A program made the position numbers and the translations under genes. 64,000 bases of DNA from an uncultured bacterium (lineage in GTDB: Bacteria > Zixibacteria > MSB-5A5 > GN15 > FEB-12), in the NCBI GenBank assembly GCA_965372795.1, contig CBDVDR010000007.1, positions 1 through 64,000 on the forward strand, given 5' to 3'. The notes below the pieces were generated by a model. It saw only the letters and a program-made list of their open reading frames with translations, was not told where the DNA came from and searched no databases. This document shows positions 29,457-38,555 of the stretch, one piece after another. Each line of letters begins with the position of its first letter. Position 1 is the first letter of the stretch.

Positions 29457-31208
29457 CTAATTATTTCCGTCTGATGATGTTTCGACAGCGGCATATTTTG
29501 ATTTATCAATAGTTGACCAGATCACATCATCGTAAACTTCAATATTTGTATTAGCCTTTCTATCTTCGATCCATTTGTGTAAAGTTTCAACTTCCTGTTT
29601 TTTTACAATCAGATCAGAAATTACATTTTTTACAGAAAGAAAGTCTTTCATTTCTTCTTCCAGTTTATCAACAACATAGAAGATTGAATATTTTCCCTGA
29701 GTAACAACCGGACCACCGACTGTTCTGTTTTTTGTTTTCTTAGCTAAATCAAAAATTTCCGGGAACCATCTTCTTTCGATATAATCAAGATTACCCTGTA
29801 CCGGTCGTTTTCCGGGACGTTCGGTTAAATCCATCGCAATACTTTTAAATTTTTCAAGGTTTTTAATCTCTTTAGCATATTTTTTAGCTTTAAGTTCATC
29901 ACTTAAAAGAATTTCATAAACATGAATTTTAGCAGGGTTGACAAATTCTTCAGAATTATCGTCATAGTACAATCTTATCATACCTTCATCAGGCGGCAGA
30001 GGTTTGGGAAGGGAGTCATTAAGCATGATATCAGCCATGGCGATCTCTTTGAATAGCTTTATTTTTCTTACAAATTCATCATCCTTGTCGATTCCTTTTC
30101 GAACTGCTTCATAGGTCAGAATATCGAGCCGTTTTAATTGAAATACGATAGTTGTCAGCGAATCATAGTTATCAAAATCAGGTTTCATTGCCGGAGGCAT
30201 TTGTTTAGCCTGTTCCAAATATTCAACAATTGACATTTGACCGCCATCCCAGGTTGCAAGAATCAGTTCTTTTTCATTACGATCAAGTTGTTCAGGGTCG
30301 AAATCATTTTTAGGCAGACTTGCAAGCATCTGTTCCGGATATAAAAATTCTCGTTTTTTGAGTAGATAATTACAGGTTGTTGTATCTATAGTGATTGGGT
30401 AACGTTCTTTAATATCATCGTAGTATTCATTCATTAGATCCGAACGTTTTTTATTACCGATTTGCAGTTTGAGTTCACTCTTCATAGTTTCAAAATCAAG
30501 TCGCAGATCGTTTGGTTGTTTGTCAACAAGCTTGATAATATGATAGCCGAATCTGGTTTTGACCGGAGGCGATACCTCGCCCGGTTCCATTGCGTAGGCA
30601 GCTTCCTGGAATTCGTTGACCATAGAACCCCAAAGAAAATATCCCAGGTCTCCTTTATTTCGTTGGGCAGATGGGTCTTTGGAATATTCAAAGGCAAGTT
30701 TTTCAAAATTTTCACCTTCGGAGATTCTTGCCAGCAAGGCCTTGGCAGTATCAAGGTTTTCTACCAGTATATGTGAAGCGCGTACTTTATTTTCAATCAT
30801 ATCATAATGGGCACGAATCTCAGCGTCTGAAACTTCAGATTTTTGAATAACCATTTTTTGGTAGAGCACATCTAAAAGGAATTTATCCCGATTGGCAACC
30901 ACGATACGATTGACTTCTTCGAGTTGATCAATATTATTTTCATAAGCAGCTAAAATTAGAAGCCGATTGACAATCATAGAATCAAGAATCTCTCGACGTT
31001 TTTCAAATTCATCATCAGCACTTGTAAATGGAAAGCGACCGCCTTGGAAAAAATCCTCTAATTCATTTACCGAAATGTCATAATTTCCAACTTGGGCAAC
31101 TGTTTTCGACCCGGATCCACCGCATCCAATGACCAGAGTACCAATAACTCCAAGAATAATTGCAGCTAATAAGAGTAAGCGATTCTTCATAATATAATAA
31201 ACCTCCAA
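29457..31208 (-). CDS. Parvulin-type PPIase lipoprotein (PrsA/SurA-like); start probably 31190
   Basis: Lipobox VIGC, RASHILV, KGDLGYF, PVKTRFGYHIIK. Confidence 0.85.
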   Translation of the reverse strand: MEVYYIMKNRLLLLAAIILGVIGTLVIGCGGSGSKTVAQVGNYDISVNELEDFFQGGRFPFTSADDEFEKRREILDSMIVNRLLILAAYENNIDQLEEVNRIVVANRDKFLLDVLYQKMVIQKSEVSDAEIRAHYDMIENKVRASHILVENLDTAKALLARISEGENFEKLAFEYSKDPSAQRNKGDLGYFLWGSMVNEFQEAAYAMEPGEVSPPVKTRFGYHIIKLVDKQPNDLRLDFETMKSELKLQIGNKKRSDLMNEYYDDIKERYPITIDTTTCNYLLKKREFLYPEQMLASLPKNDFDPEQLDRNEKELILATWDGGQMSIVEYLEQAKQMPPAMKPDFDNYDSLTTIVFQLKRLDILTYEAVRKGIDKDDEFVRKIKLFKEIAMADIMLNDSLPKPLPPDEGMIRLYYDDNSEEFVNPAKIHVYEILLSDELKAKKYAKEIKNLEKFKSIAMDLTERPGKRPVQGNLDYIERRWFPEIFDLAKKTKNRTVGGPVVTQGKYSIFYVVDKLEEEMKDFLSVKNVISDLIVKKQEVETLHKWIEDRKANTNIEVYDDVIWSTIDKSKYAAVETSSDGNN

Positions 31209-31327
31209 ATTTACTGTATTTTACTTTAGATTATATCTAAAGTTCCTAATATATCTATTTTCAAAGAGTTATATTATAAGGGAGTAAGTTCAATATTCCA
31301 AATTGATTTTTTTAGTAAGAATTGAGA

Positions 31328-32299
31328 TTATTCGTAGTCAGACTCCAAATAATCCATCGTTTGGCGCTGTCGGCCAAGCTTTTGGGACAACTTTTTGGTG
31401 AATTCCATTGCTGAATTCTCACCATATACTTTCAGCATATGGTTCATTGCTATAACCTCAGATATTACGGTTATATTCTTTCCGGGAGAAATTGGAATAC
31501 GGACAATTGGGATTTGAACTCCCAATAATGTCGTCAGATGCTCTTCAATTCCAAGTCGTTCATAGTCCTCACTATCTGACCAATGACTCAATGAGACCTC
31601 AACTTCGATTCTTTTCTGCATTCTGATAGCTCTGATGCCAAATAATTCCTCAATATCAATGATCCCAACGCCCCGAATCTCCATATGATGTCCTAATAGC
31701 TCTGAACCGCTGCCGATAATTACATCAGGAGCAGTGCGAGTAACCTTTACAACATCATCAGCTACTAAGCGATGACCTCTTTCGACCAGATCAAGAGCTA
31801 TTTCAGATTTTCCTATTCCGGATTTTCCGGTATATAGCAATCCAACCCCATAAACATCAACCAAAGTGCCATGTGAGTTAATTGAGGGAGCAAAAATATG
31901 ATCAAGATAGGCTGAAAGCCGATTTGAAAGTTCAGCAGTTGTAAGACGACTGCAAAAAATAGAAGTATTGTATTTATCCGAAATATTAATAAAATCAAGC
32001 GGTGGAGTTATTCCTTTAGTGATTATCACCATAGGAACATCCTGTTTAAAAAGCTGATCAGAAATCTCGATTAAACGGTCCTGACTCAATCGACTAATAA
32101 ACGCCATTTCTGTTTCACCGAGTACCTGAATCCGTCTATGCGGAAATCGCTCCATAAATCCGGTCAAGGCGAGACCCGGGCGATGTAACTCGGCATTGTT
32201 GATTGGTTTTTTTAATCCACCCTGATTGCTGTTTAGAAGGGTTAGTTCTAAATCCTGGTTTCGTGTCGTATATAGTTTATCAACTGTTAATTCTGCCAT
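31328..32299 (-). CDS. hprK: HPr kinase/phosphorylase
   Basis: RPGLALTG, HGTLVDVYGVG, GKSGIGKSE, LVADD, HHMEIRGVGII. Confidence 0.96.
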   Translation of the reverse strand: MAELTVDKLYTTRNQDLELTLLNSNQGGLKKPINNAELHRPGLALTGFMERFPHRRIQVLGETEMAFISRLSQDRLIEISDQLFKQDVPMVIITKGITPPLDFINISDKYNTSIFCSRLTTAELSNRLSAYLDHIFAPSINSHGTLVDVYGVGLLYTGKSGIGKSEIALDLVERGHRLVADDVVKVTRTAPDVIIGSGSELLGHHMEIRGVGIIDIEELFGIRAIRMQKRIEVEVSLSHWSDSEDYERLGIEEHLTTLLGVQIPIVRIPISPGKNITVISEVIAMNHMLKVYGENSAMEFTKKLSQKLGRQRQTMDYLESDYE

Positions 32300-32366
32300 A
32301 TCAAAATATAAGTTCTTTCTAATTCTTAATGCAAGTAAGAAAATTGGGTCAAATTATAACAAAATA

Positions 32367-32395
32367 AAAGCCCGGCAGACTAAAACCGGGCTTTT
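32367..32395. terminator. Intrinsic terminator
   Basis: aaaagcccgg-cagactaaaa-ccgggctttt. Confidence 0.7.
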
Positions 32396-32415
32396 ACTAT
32401 AAGAAAGGAAAATGC

Positions 32416-33567
32416 TTAATCATCTAATTTTTTATATAGTTCTTTCATCTCTTTTTGAAGAGTTTTTATTTCTTTTTTTAGATCATCCATTTCTTCATTT
32501 TGAAACTGTTTTATTTCATTCTGTAAATCATCTAAATCATCGGAATAATAATAATCTGACCTAACTCTTGGAGTTCTAATGTCACGCAAGCCCTTTAATC
32601 CTCTTAATCCTTGTAAACCTTGTAATCCTTGTAATCCTTTCAGACTTTCCTTAAGAGTATATAATTCAGGAGCATGGAAAGTCATATCATCATATTGCCA
32701 ATAAGAGTTATCAGAAAAATCATCCGAATCAGCAACTTCGATTGTAAATTCCTTTTCCTTGCGATCTCTAATAATTTTGATATTGACTTTATCCCCTTCA
32801 TCCAGGTCACTTATTATCTCAATTAAATCTTGAGAGTCATAAACTTTTTCATCATTGGCTTTTATTATAACATCACCGGCTTTCAGACCAGCTTTTTCAG
32901 CAGGAGAATCTTCTACAACTTCAGAGATCAGAACACCTCTGCCTTTTTTAACGCCGAAATATTCTCCGAGCTGTTTATTTAGTTCAGAAAGATGAACACC
33001 GATGTATCCATGATTTTTGTTGTATCTGTTATTATGCCCAAATTGATAATACTTACGGCCATGGTTATCATCAAAATCGAAGTCGAAATCGTGATCGAAA
33101 TCAAAGTTGAAATCAAAATCATGATCATCATCATCGTCACTATAAACAATTATACGAGGAGACTTATTGTAGGACCATCTTCTGCTTGAGTTACGACCAA
33201 GAGTGACGTCTAACTTTTTTTCATCATTATCTCTAATAATAGTTAGAGTAATTTCATCTCCGTTTATTTTGTCATCAATGAAATCAATCAGATCATCAGA
33301 ATCGGTAATTTTCTTACCGTCCATTTTAATTACAACGTCTCCGTCTTTCAAACCCGCCTCTTCAGCAGGTGAGTCGTCGATGACACGGGCAATAAAGGCG
33401 CCATAATTGACAGATAAATCGTAATCTTCGGATATATCATAATCGACAGATTCAAGATATACACCCAGCCAGGCTTTTGAGGAACGCTTAGTTTTAGCAG
33501 AGCCAATTCCGACCGCGAAAATCACTATTAGTAAGCCTGTTAGGATAAGCATTAAATTCCGTCTCAT
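32416..33567 (-). CDS. Exported tandem-PDZ protein (no protease domain)
   Basis: Start 33567 (MRRNLM) after GGAGGT RBS; two WLGV/YIGV...DSPAE.AGLK.GDV PDZ domains; coiled-coil tail. Confidence 0.85.
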   Translation of the reverse strand: MRRNLMLILTGLLIVIFAVGIGSAKTKRSSKAWLGVYLESVDYDISEDYDLSVNYGAFIARVIDDSPAEEAGLKDGDVVIKMDGKKITDSDDLIDFIDDKINGDEITLTIIRDNDEKKLDVTLGRNSSRRWSYNKSPRIIVYSDDDDDHDFDFNFDFDHDFDFDFDDNHGRKYYQFGHNNRYNKNHGYIGVHLSELNKQLGEYFGVKKGRGVLISEVVEDSPAEKAGLKAGDVIIKANDEKVYDSQDLIEIISDLDEGDKVNIKIIRDRKEKEFTIEVADSDDFSDNSYWQYDDMTFHAPELYTLKESLKGLQGLQGLQGLRGLKGLRDIRTPRVRSDYYYSDDLDDLQNEIKQFQNEEMDDLKKEIKTLQKEMKELYKKLDD

Positions 33568-33899
33568 AAAACCTCCGCAAAGTTTAATTTTGTATCTAAT
33601 TTTTATACGACATGGTTGGGAAAGAGGTTTCAAAAAACAAAATCTACCAGACATATCTAAGTATTAAATAGTCTTTGGGCAGATTATTAAGAGCGGTAAT
33701 AATCCCTTATGCCATTGGTTATTAAAGAGTTAAGGATTTCACACGGTAATTGGACAAAAATTACGATTATTAGGTTTTTAGGGTTTTAGATAATTGAATA
33801 ATGCCAATAATAATTCAAAGAATGGAGTAATTACCGATAAAATGTATTGACAAACTTCATATATTTTTTATATATGTAGGCTCAATATTGAAACTACAC

Positions 33900-33972
33900 T
33901 CCCCTGTAGCTCAGTTGGTAGAGCAGCTGACTGTTAATCAGCGGGTCGCAAGTTCGAGTCTTGCCGGGGGAG
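33900..33972 (+). tRNA. tRNA-Asn (GTT), CCA not encoded
   Basis: TCCCCTG acceptor pairing with CGGGGGA; D-arm TAGCTCAGTTGGTAGAGC; anticodon arm GCTGA-CTGTTAA-TCAGC; T-arm GCAAG-TTCGAGT-CTTGC; upstream TTGACA at 33847. Confidence 0.97.
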
Positions 33973-35478
33973 CTTTGTTATACGATTTTGCGAACTCCCA
34001 CTAAACTCAGGTAATTCAAAGATATCCAATATAATTTTATCTTGATAAATAATCACATCTTTAAGAATACATTGGATAGCTTCAGCTTGGTCTTTTGGTC
34101 CCAAAGCTTCAAATGCAATGCTGAAATCCTGTAGACTCTTTCTAACTAAATCTGCATCGTATTCTTCAAAAGCTTGTTCATTGATTTTTCTAGTAATTTC
34201 TTCTAATTCAAAATTTAGAATTTTTAAATTCTTTTCTCTAAATTCAATTTCTTTTTCTAAACGATCTATACTAATTTTCCCAACACCAATGGCTTGAACA
34301 TATTTATCAATTTGAGCTTCTAATTCAGAAATTCTCAGTTTGATCTTTTTAGCTTCATCTTCCAAGGGACCAATTTGATTTTTTAAATCACCATTTAGCT
34401 TTTCAATTGATTTATTTAGATAGGTTTCATTTTGGGATAAATCATAAAGATCATTAATTACGATTTTTTCAATTTTATTCGCATTAAAACTCTTAATTTT
34501 ACATACTCGATTACTAAAATTCATCGTTTTAGTACAGCGATAATAAGGTATTCGATTTATTGAGTTATCCTTATTTCTTTTTTGAGTATAATGGGGTGTC
34601 ATAACAGAACCACAATCACTACATCTAATTAAACCTTTTAATAGGTAAACTTTTTCAATCCTTGAAGTAGGATGACTTCTTGTTGGGTGCATTAATTGAA
34701 TTCTCTTAAATAGAGTTTCATCAATTATTGCTTCGTGTTGCCCTTTATAAATCTTTCCCTTTGATCGAGTTTTTCCTATATACACAGGATTTCTTAAAAT
34801 ATGAGCTATTGCACTTTTACTCCATCTACCATTTGATCGTGGTAAATAACCATACTTTTCCAATTCTAAGCGTAAACTACTTAATGAAGGATTTATACCA
34901 AAGTTATTAAACATAAATTTAATAATAGGTTCTTCTTCTGGATTCGGTAGAAGCTTTTTATTTTCCCTCAAATATCCATAAGGAGGTATGCCACCATTCC
35001 ATAAACCTTTTTGTGCTCTCTGTTGCATCTTATCACGTGTTCGATCTGAAATCATTTCTCTTTCAAATTGAGCAAAATCTAAAAGTATATTCCGTAGCAA
35101 GCGACCAGTAGGATGATTAGTATCAATATTTTGTGTAATAGAAACGAAGTTTACATTATATTTATCAAATTCTTCCATTAGAGTATGGAAATCTTTAACT
35201 GATCGAGTCAATCTATCAATCTTATAAACTAAAACACAATTGATTTTTCCTTTTTGGAAATCTCTGATCATTTCTTGTAATGCAGGACGTTTAACAGAAT
35301 CACCAGAAAAACCACCTTCTACATATACACGATAAATCTCATAATTATCCTGACTTTTACAATATGCTTCAAGCTTTTCTTTCTGTGAATCTAGAGAGCT
35401 ATAATCATTCACCATTTGACTACGACTTGATACACGAGTATAAAGAGCACAAATTATTTTATTTTTTTTCTTATCCAT
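33934..35478 (-). CDS. Large serine recombinase (resolvase + recombinase + Zn-ribbon)
   Basis: LYTRVSS catalytic Ser, KRPALQ, KIDRLTRS, FAQFEREMISDR, PPYGY, ILRNPVYIG, LLKGLIRCSDCG...YYRC. The last codons overlap the tRNA antisense. Confidence 0.95.
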   Translation of the reverse strand: MDKKKNKIICALYTRVSSRSQMVNDYSSLDSQKEKLEAYCKSQDNYEIYRVYVEGGFSGDSVKRPALQEMIRDFQKGKINCVLVYKIDRLTRSVKDFHTLMEEFDKYNVNFVSITQNIDTNHPTGRLLRNILLDFAQFEREMISDRTRDKMQQRAQKGLWNGGIPPYGYLRENKKLLPNPEEEPIIKFMFNNFGINPSLSSLRLELEKYGYLPRSNGRWSKSAIAHILRNPVYIGKTRSKGKIYKGQHEAIIDETLFKRIQLMHPTRSHPTSRIEKVYLLKGLIRCSDCGSVMTPHYTQKRNKDNSINRIPYYRCTKTMNFSNRVCKIKSFNANKIEKIVINDLYDLSQNETYLNKSIEKLNGDLKNQIGPLEDEAKKIKLRISELEAQIDKYVQAIGVGKISIDRLEKEIEFREKNLKILNFELEEITRKINEQAFEEYDADLVRKSLQDFSIAFEALGPKDQAEAIQCILKDVIIYQDKIILDIFELPEFSGSSQNRITKLPRQDSNLRPAD

Positions 35479-36001
35479 TTACATTTTGTAATGGTTTTGA
35501 TCTTGTGATCCACCATTCCTTCAATTTTGAACCTAATATCAATAGTAAGGAACCACCGCCTAAAATCAAAAGGCTAAGATGCATTCCTACAATAGAAGGA
35601 TTTTCTTTTATGTAATTCTCTGCTTCTTTAGATCCGTGGCATTTTAATAAAAGAGAATAACTCAATATCTCTGCTTGAAATTCAGCTTTGGAAGTCTCTA
35701 TTTTATCAATTGAATCAAGGTGTATCATACAGTGTACAATTTCATGAAAAATTGTGTAATCTCTATGAAATTTAGATTTATTTGAATTTATAAAAATTGT
35801 ATTTCGCCCTTCTACAGTAATCGCTTCACCACTAAAATTTTCTGGAAACTTTGAAGATCTATTAATTGGGATATTCAGATGTTTTGCAAGTTTATAGGGA
35901 GATTTAAATGCTTCATTTGGTAGATTATCAAAAGAATCATATAATTTACTATAAGGTTCAAGCAATAAGTTTCGCCAAAAATTTTTAACCTTTTCAGTCA
36001 T
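35471..36001 (-). CDS. ImmA/IrrE-family metallopeptidase with C-terminal hydrophobic helix
   Basis: IFINSN....RDYTIFHEIVH (HExxH), EFQAE; adjacent to the Xre repressor. Confidence 0.8.
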   Translation of the reverse strand: MTEKVKNFWRNLLLEPYSKLYDSFDNLPNEAFKSPYKLAKHLNIPINRSSKFPENFSGEAITVEGRNTIFINSNKSKFHRDYTIFHEIVHCMIHLDSIDKIETSKAEFQAEILSYSLLLKCHGSKEAENYIKENPSIVGMHLSLLILGGGSLLLILGSKLKEWWITRSKPLQNVNG

Positions 36002-36357
36002 CTATTTTTTGCCTTCTTTTTCGCAATATCATTAACAACCTTTAGTACATCTTTAAGTTCTTTTTCAGAAAGAGTACCTGCAGCTCTAAATAACCTAGCC
36101 ATATTTGGCTTGTTATCTGAGAATTTTCCTGCTTCGGCAATAAGTTCATTAGAGTCAATATTTAGTACTTCCGCTATATCTCTAATTTTCTCATTTGAAG
36201 GTGGTTTCTGAATTCCCCGAAGTATCCTAGATAAATAACTAGGATTTATATTTGTTTCTGATGCTAACTTTCTAAGGGACATTCCTTGCTTATCCATCTC
36301 AGATTTTATTTTATCGCTAAAAAACTTACTTTGCTGTTTTTCAATTTTTTCACCCAT
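35998..36357 (-). CDS. Xre-family HTH repressor (ImmR-like)
   Basis: MSLRKLASETNINPSYLSRILRG HTH; start 36357 (MGEK) after GGAGG RBS. Confidence 0.88.
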   Translation of the reverse strand: MGEKIEKQQSKFFSDKIKSEMDKQGMSLRKLASETNINPSYLSRILRGIQKPPSNEKIRDIAEVLNIDSNELIAEAGKFSDNKPNMARLFRAAGTLSEKELKDVLKVVNDIAKKKAKNR

Positions 36358-36398
36358 TAAGGCAAATCCTCCATCAATTTTAATCAATATCAATAATG

Positions 36399-36493
36399 TA
36401 TCCCACATAGTCAACACTTTTTTTACTTTTTCTAAGAAATTATTTAAAATAGACAAAATATATGTTGACTATTTAGGATACGGTTAGTAACCT
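36399..36493. promoter_or_regulatory. Divergent promoters with inverted operator pair
   Basis: tatcccacatagtcaaca (36399-36416) and tgttgactatttaggata (36463-36480) are 16/18 inverted repeats, each containing TTGACT; rightward -10 TAACCT at 36488. Confidence 0.65.
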
Positions 36494-36499
36494 CTAGGC

Positions 36500-36736
36500 A
36501 TGAAACAAAAAATATTAAAATGCAGAATGTTAGAAATTAGAAAAAATTGGAAAGGCAAAGGCTTGAGTTTAGCACAACTCGCTAACAAGGTCGGTTTAAG
36601 TAGATCATATATTTGCAAGATAGAGCAGAATCATCGAAAGCCAAGTGGTGAGGTCATGCTAAGAATTGCAAATTGTCTTAATTGCCAAGTAGAAGAAATC
36701 TTTTATCTAACAGAAGAAAAAGTTGAGAACTTGTAA
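36500..36736 (+). CDS. Cro-like Xre HTH protein
   Basis: LSLAQLANKVGLSRSYICKIEQN...PSGEVMLRIA..L...VEEIF. Confidence 0.88.
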   Translation: MKQKILKCRMLEIRKNWKGKGLSLAQLANKVGLSRSYICKIEQNHRKPSGEVMLRIANCLNCQVEEIFYLTEEKVENL

Positions 36737-36753
36737 TTTTTTTAAGAAAGTAT

Positions 36754-36939
36754 GTGCCCTATATAAGGCACATAAAGCGAATGAATCAATTAAAAGTTGA
36801 AAGGAGATTTGTACCCATAGAAAAGGTAAAAGCTGAAGAGTTGTCTAACGCTTTTTGGCGAATCTTAGTCGGAGGTGCAATATCTGCAACCTCCATTAAA
36901 CAAAAAATGTCCCTCAAAAAGGAGAATTACAATGGATAA
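36754..36939 (+). CDS. Small hypothetical protein (possible directionality factor)
   Basis: Co-oriented ORF in the operon, stop overlaps the next start; function inferred from position only. Confidence 0.4.
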   Translation: MPYIRHIKRMNQLKVERRFVPIEKVKAEELSNAFWRILVGGAISATSIKQKMSLKKENYNG

Positions 36940-37231
36940 CGAAATAATCGTTGAATTAAGACAAATTGAAGACAATAAATTTTCAAAAGCTAAAGCAGAA
37001 ATAACTCTGCAAACTCCTTTTGGTGAAATTACAATAACTAGAATGAGAGTAGTTCACCAAGATGGTAAAGATCCTTGGGTGGCATTTCCCGAAATACCAT
37101 ATCAACCTAAGGATTCTTCTGAAAAACGATACTTGAAAGTTATTTTGCCAAGTAAAAGATTAAGAGCTGCAATATCAGAAGCAGTACTTAATAAATATGG
37201 GAGTATGAAATTCAATGAGAAATCATTCTGA
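36932..37231 (+). CDS. SpoVG-like nucleic-acid-binding protein 1
   Basis: Start MDNEII after AGGAG; KAKAEITL...ITITRMRVV....PWVAFPE pattern. Confidence 0.65.
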   Translation: MDNEIIVELRQIEDNKFSKAKAEITLQTPFGEITITRMRVVHQDGKDPWVAFPEIPYQPKDSSEKRYLKVILPSKRLRAAISEAVLNKYGSMKFNEKSF

Positions 37232-37532
37232 TATCACAGCTACAATTCATCTATTTAAAGATGCTCAGAATCTTAAAGCTTATGCTGATGTAGCTATTAA
37301 AACTCGAATAGGCGAAATTACTATTCGTAGATTTAAAGTGATTTCAACTAATTCTGGTAAATTGTGGGTTGCACTTCCCCAATTTGAGTATCAAAAAATT
37401 CTTTCAACTTCTTATGTGGATGCAATTGTAACCACTAAAAGAGCATTTCGCAGAATTCAAAGATTAGTTTTGAATGAATACAAAAAGAAGATTCATCTGG
37501 AAAATTCCCATGTTCAGGTTGATCGCTCCTGA
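37215..37532 (+). CDS. SpoVG-like nucleic-acid-binding protein 2
   Basis: LKAYADVAI...ITIRRFKVI....LWVALPQ...VLNEY pattern. Confidence 0.7.
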   Translation: MRNHSDITATIHLFKDAQNLKAYADVAIKTRIGEITIRRFKVISTNSGKLWVALPQFEYQKILSTSYVDAIVTTKRAFRRIQRLVLNEYKKKIHLENSHVQVDRS

Positions 37533-37661
37533 CATGGGGGGCGTACGGTTTGCCCTAATGAGAGCAGCTTCAAGGCTGCTCTCTGACCGGTGCCCAAGCC
37601 GCCGGGGTCCTATTGGCGAATGCCAATGGGCGGCGGCAACAAAGCGATTGCCCGAAGGGCA
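37507..37661 (+). other. GC-rich multi-hairpin region (candidate single-strand origin or structured RNA)
   Basis: Stems at 37507-37538, 37539-37554, 37560-37583, 37598-37637 and 37649-37661 in an AT-rich element. Confidence 0.6.
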
Positions 37662-37738
37662 TACTGGCTTCTTGGTTGCTCTTGTTTCTGGCGTCATTTG
37701 TTGTCTATCTGTCAACTCGCAATTTTGGAGGAATTTAT

Positions 37739-38458
37739 ATGGCTTCTTCACTTGATATTAATAAGCATAATCGAAACAAGTTCTGCGGAAGATATTCACT
37801 AAAAGGATATTTAGAACAAAATGGAGAAAAGAAAATTAGATACGCAAGGCTCGGATGTAAAGGATGGAACTGTCAAATATGTGGACCTAGAAAAGCTTCT
37901 AAGTATCGTCATTCAATCAAAGAACAAGCTCTAAAGTTAAACTTAGATAGATTTCTTACATTAACTTTGGATCCCAAAAAATGCAAACCACATAATTCCT
38001 TGCCACATATAAAAAAGAGTTGGGCTAAATTCAGAATTTCTTTAAAAAGAAAATATGGTCATAGCATTTCATTTATCTGTATTGTGGAATTCCAAAAAAA
38101 TGGTTATGCACACTTACATATTCTTGTTGATCGTTTTATACCTCAAAAATGGATATCACACGCTTGGAATTCTGTAGGTGGAGGAAAGATCGCATTTATT
38201 GAGAGAGTTGAATTAAAGAGTATTGCTTATTATATAACTAAATATTTAACTAAAGATACAAACTTCAATAATTCGGGGAAGCGATACCGAAAATGCACAA
38301 CATCTAGAAATATTAAACTAAATTATCATAAGAAATCAGGGAAATGGGTAGTTATGACAGTTCCTATTGAAGAAATACATAATTCTTATAAGAAACAACA
38401 ATCGAAAGAACATAGAGATATGTCTGGGATGTTACATTGGTTTGAGATTTCAGTATGA
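37739..38458 (+). CDS. HUH rolling-circle replication initiator
   Basis: Motif I FLTLT, motif II EFQKNGYAHLHILV, motif III YYITKYLTK, N-terminal CKGWNCQIC; GGAGG RBS before ATG 37739. Confidence 0.88.
   Translation: MASSLDINKHNRNKFCGRYSLKGYLEQNGEKKIRYARLGCKGWNCQICGPRKASKYRHSIKEQALKLNLDRFLTLTLDPKKCKPHNSLPHIKKSWAKFRISLKRKYGHSISFICIVEFQKNGYAHLHILVDRFIPQKWISHAWNSVGGGKIAFIERVELKSIAYYITKYLTKDTNFNNSGKRYRKCTTSRNIKLNYHKKSGKWVVMTVPIEEIHNSYKKQQSKEHRDMSGMLHWFEISV
37750..37764 (+). other. Putative double-strand origin / nick site
   Basis: ACTTGATATTAATAA matches the phiX174 origin (CAACTTG^ATATTAATAAC) and contains the CTTGATA nick consensus. Confidence 0.7.
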
Positions 38459-38479
38459 ATTGGTATGTATTTAATTACC

Positions 38480-38508
38480 TTGACTTAAAAAGGATCAATA
38501 ATTACATT
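38480..38508 (+). promoter_or_regulatory. Sigma70-like promoter for cargo operon
   Basis: TTGACT-17 nt-TACATT upstream of the GAGGGG RBS. Confidence 0.55.
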
Positions 38509-38555
38509 TATACAAACAGGACTAATTCATCTAGAAAAAACTAGAGGGGAATCAC

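Noticed and set aside
37613..37738. Hydrophobic N-terminal extension of Rep given in the ORF track
   Set aside because: It overlaps the hairpin block, and a strong GGAGG RBS precedes ATG 37739.
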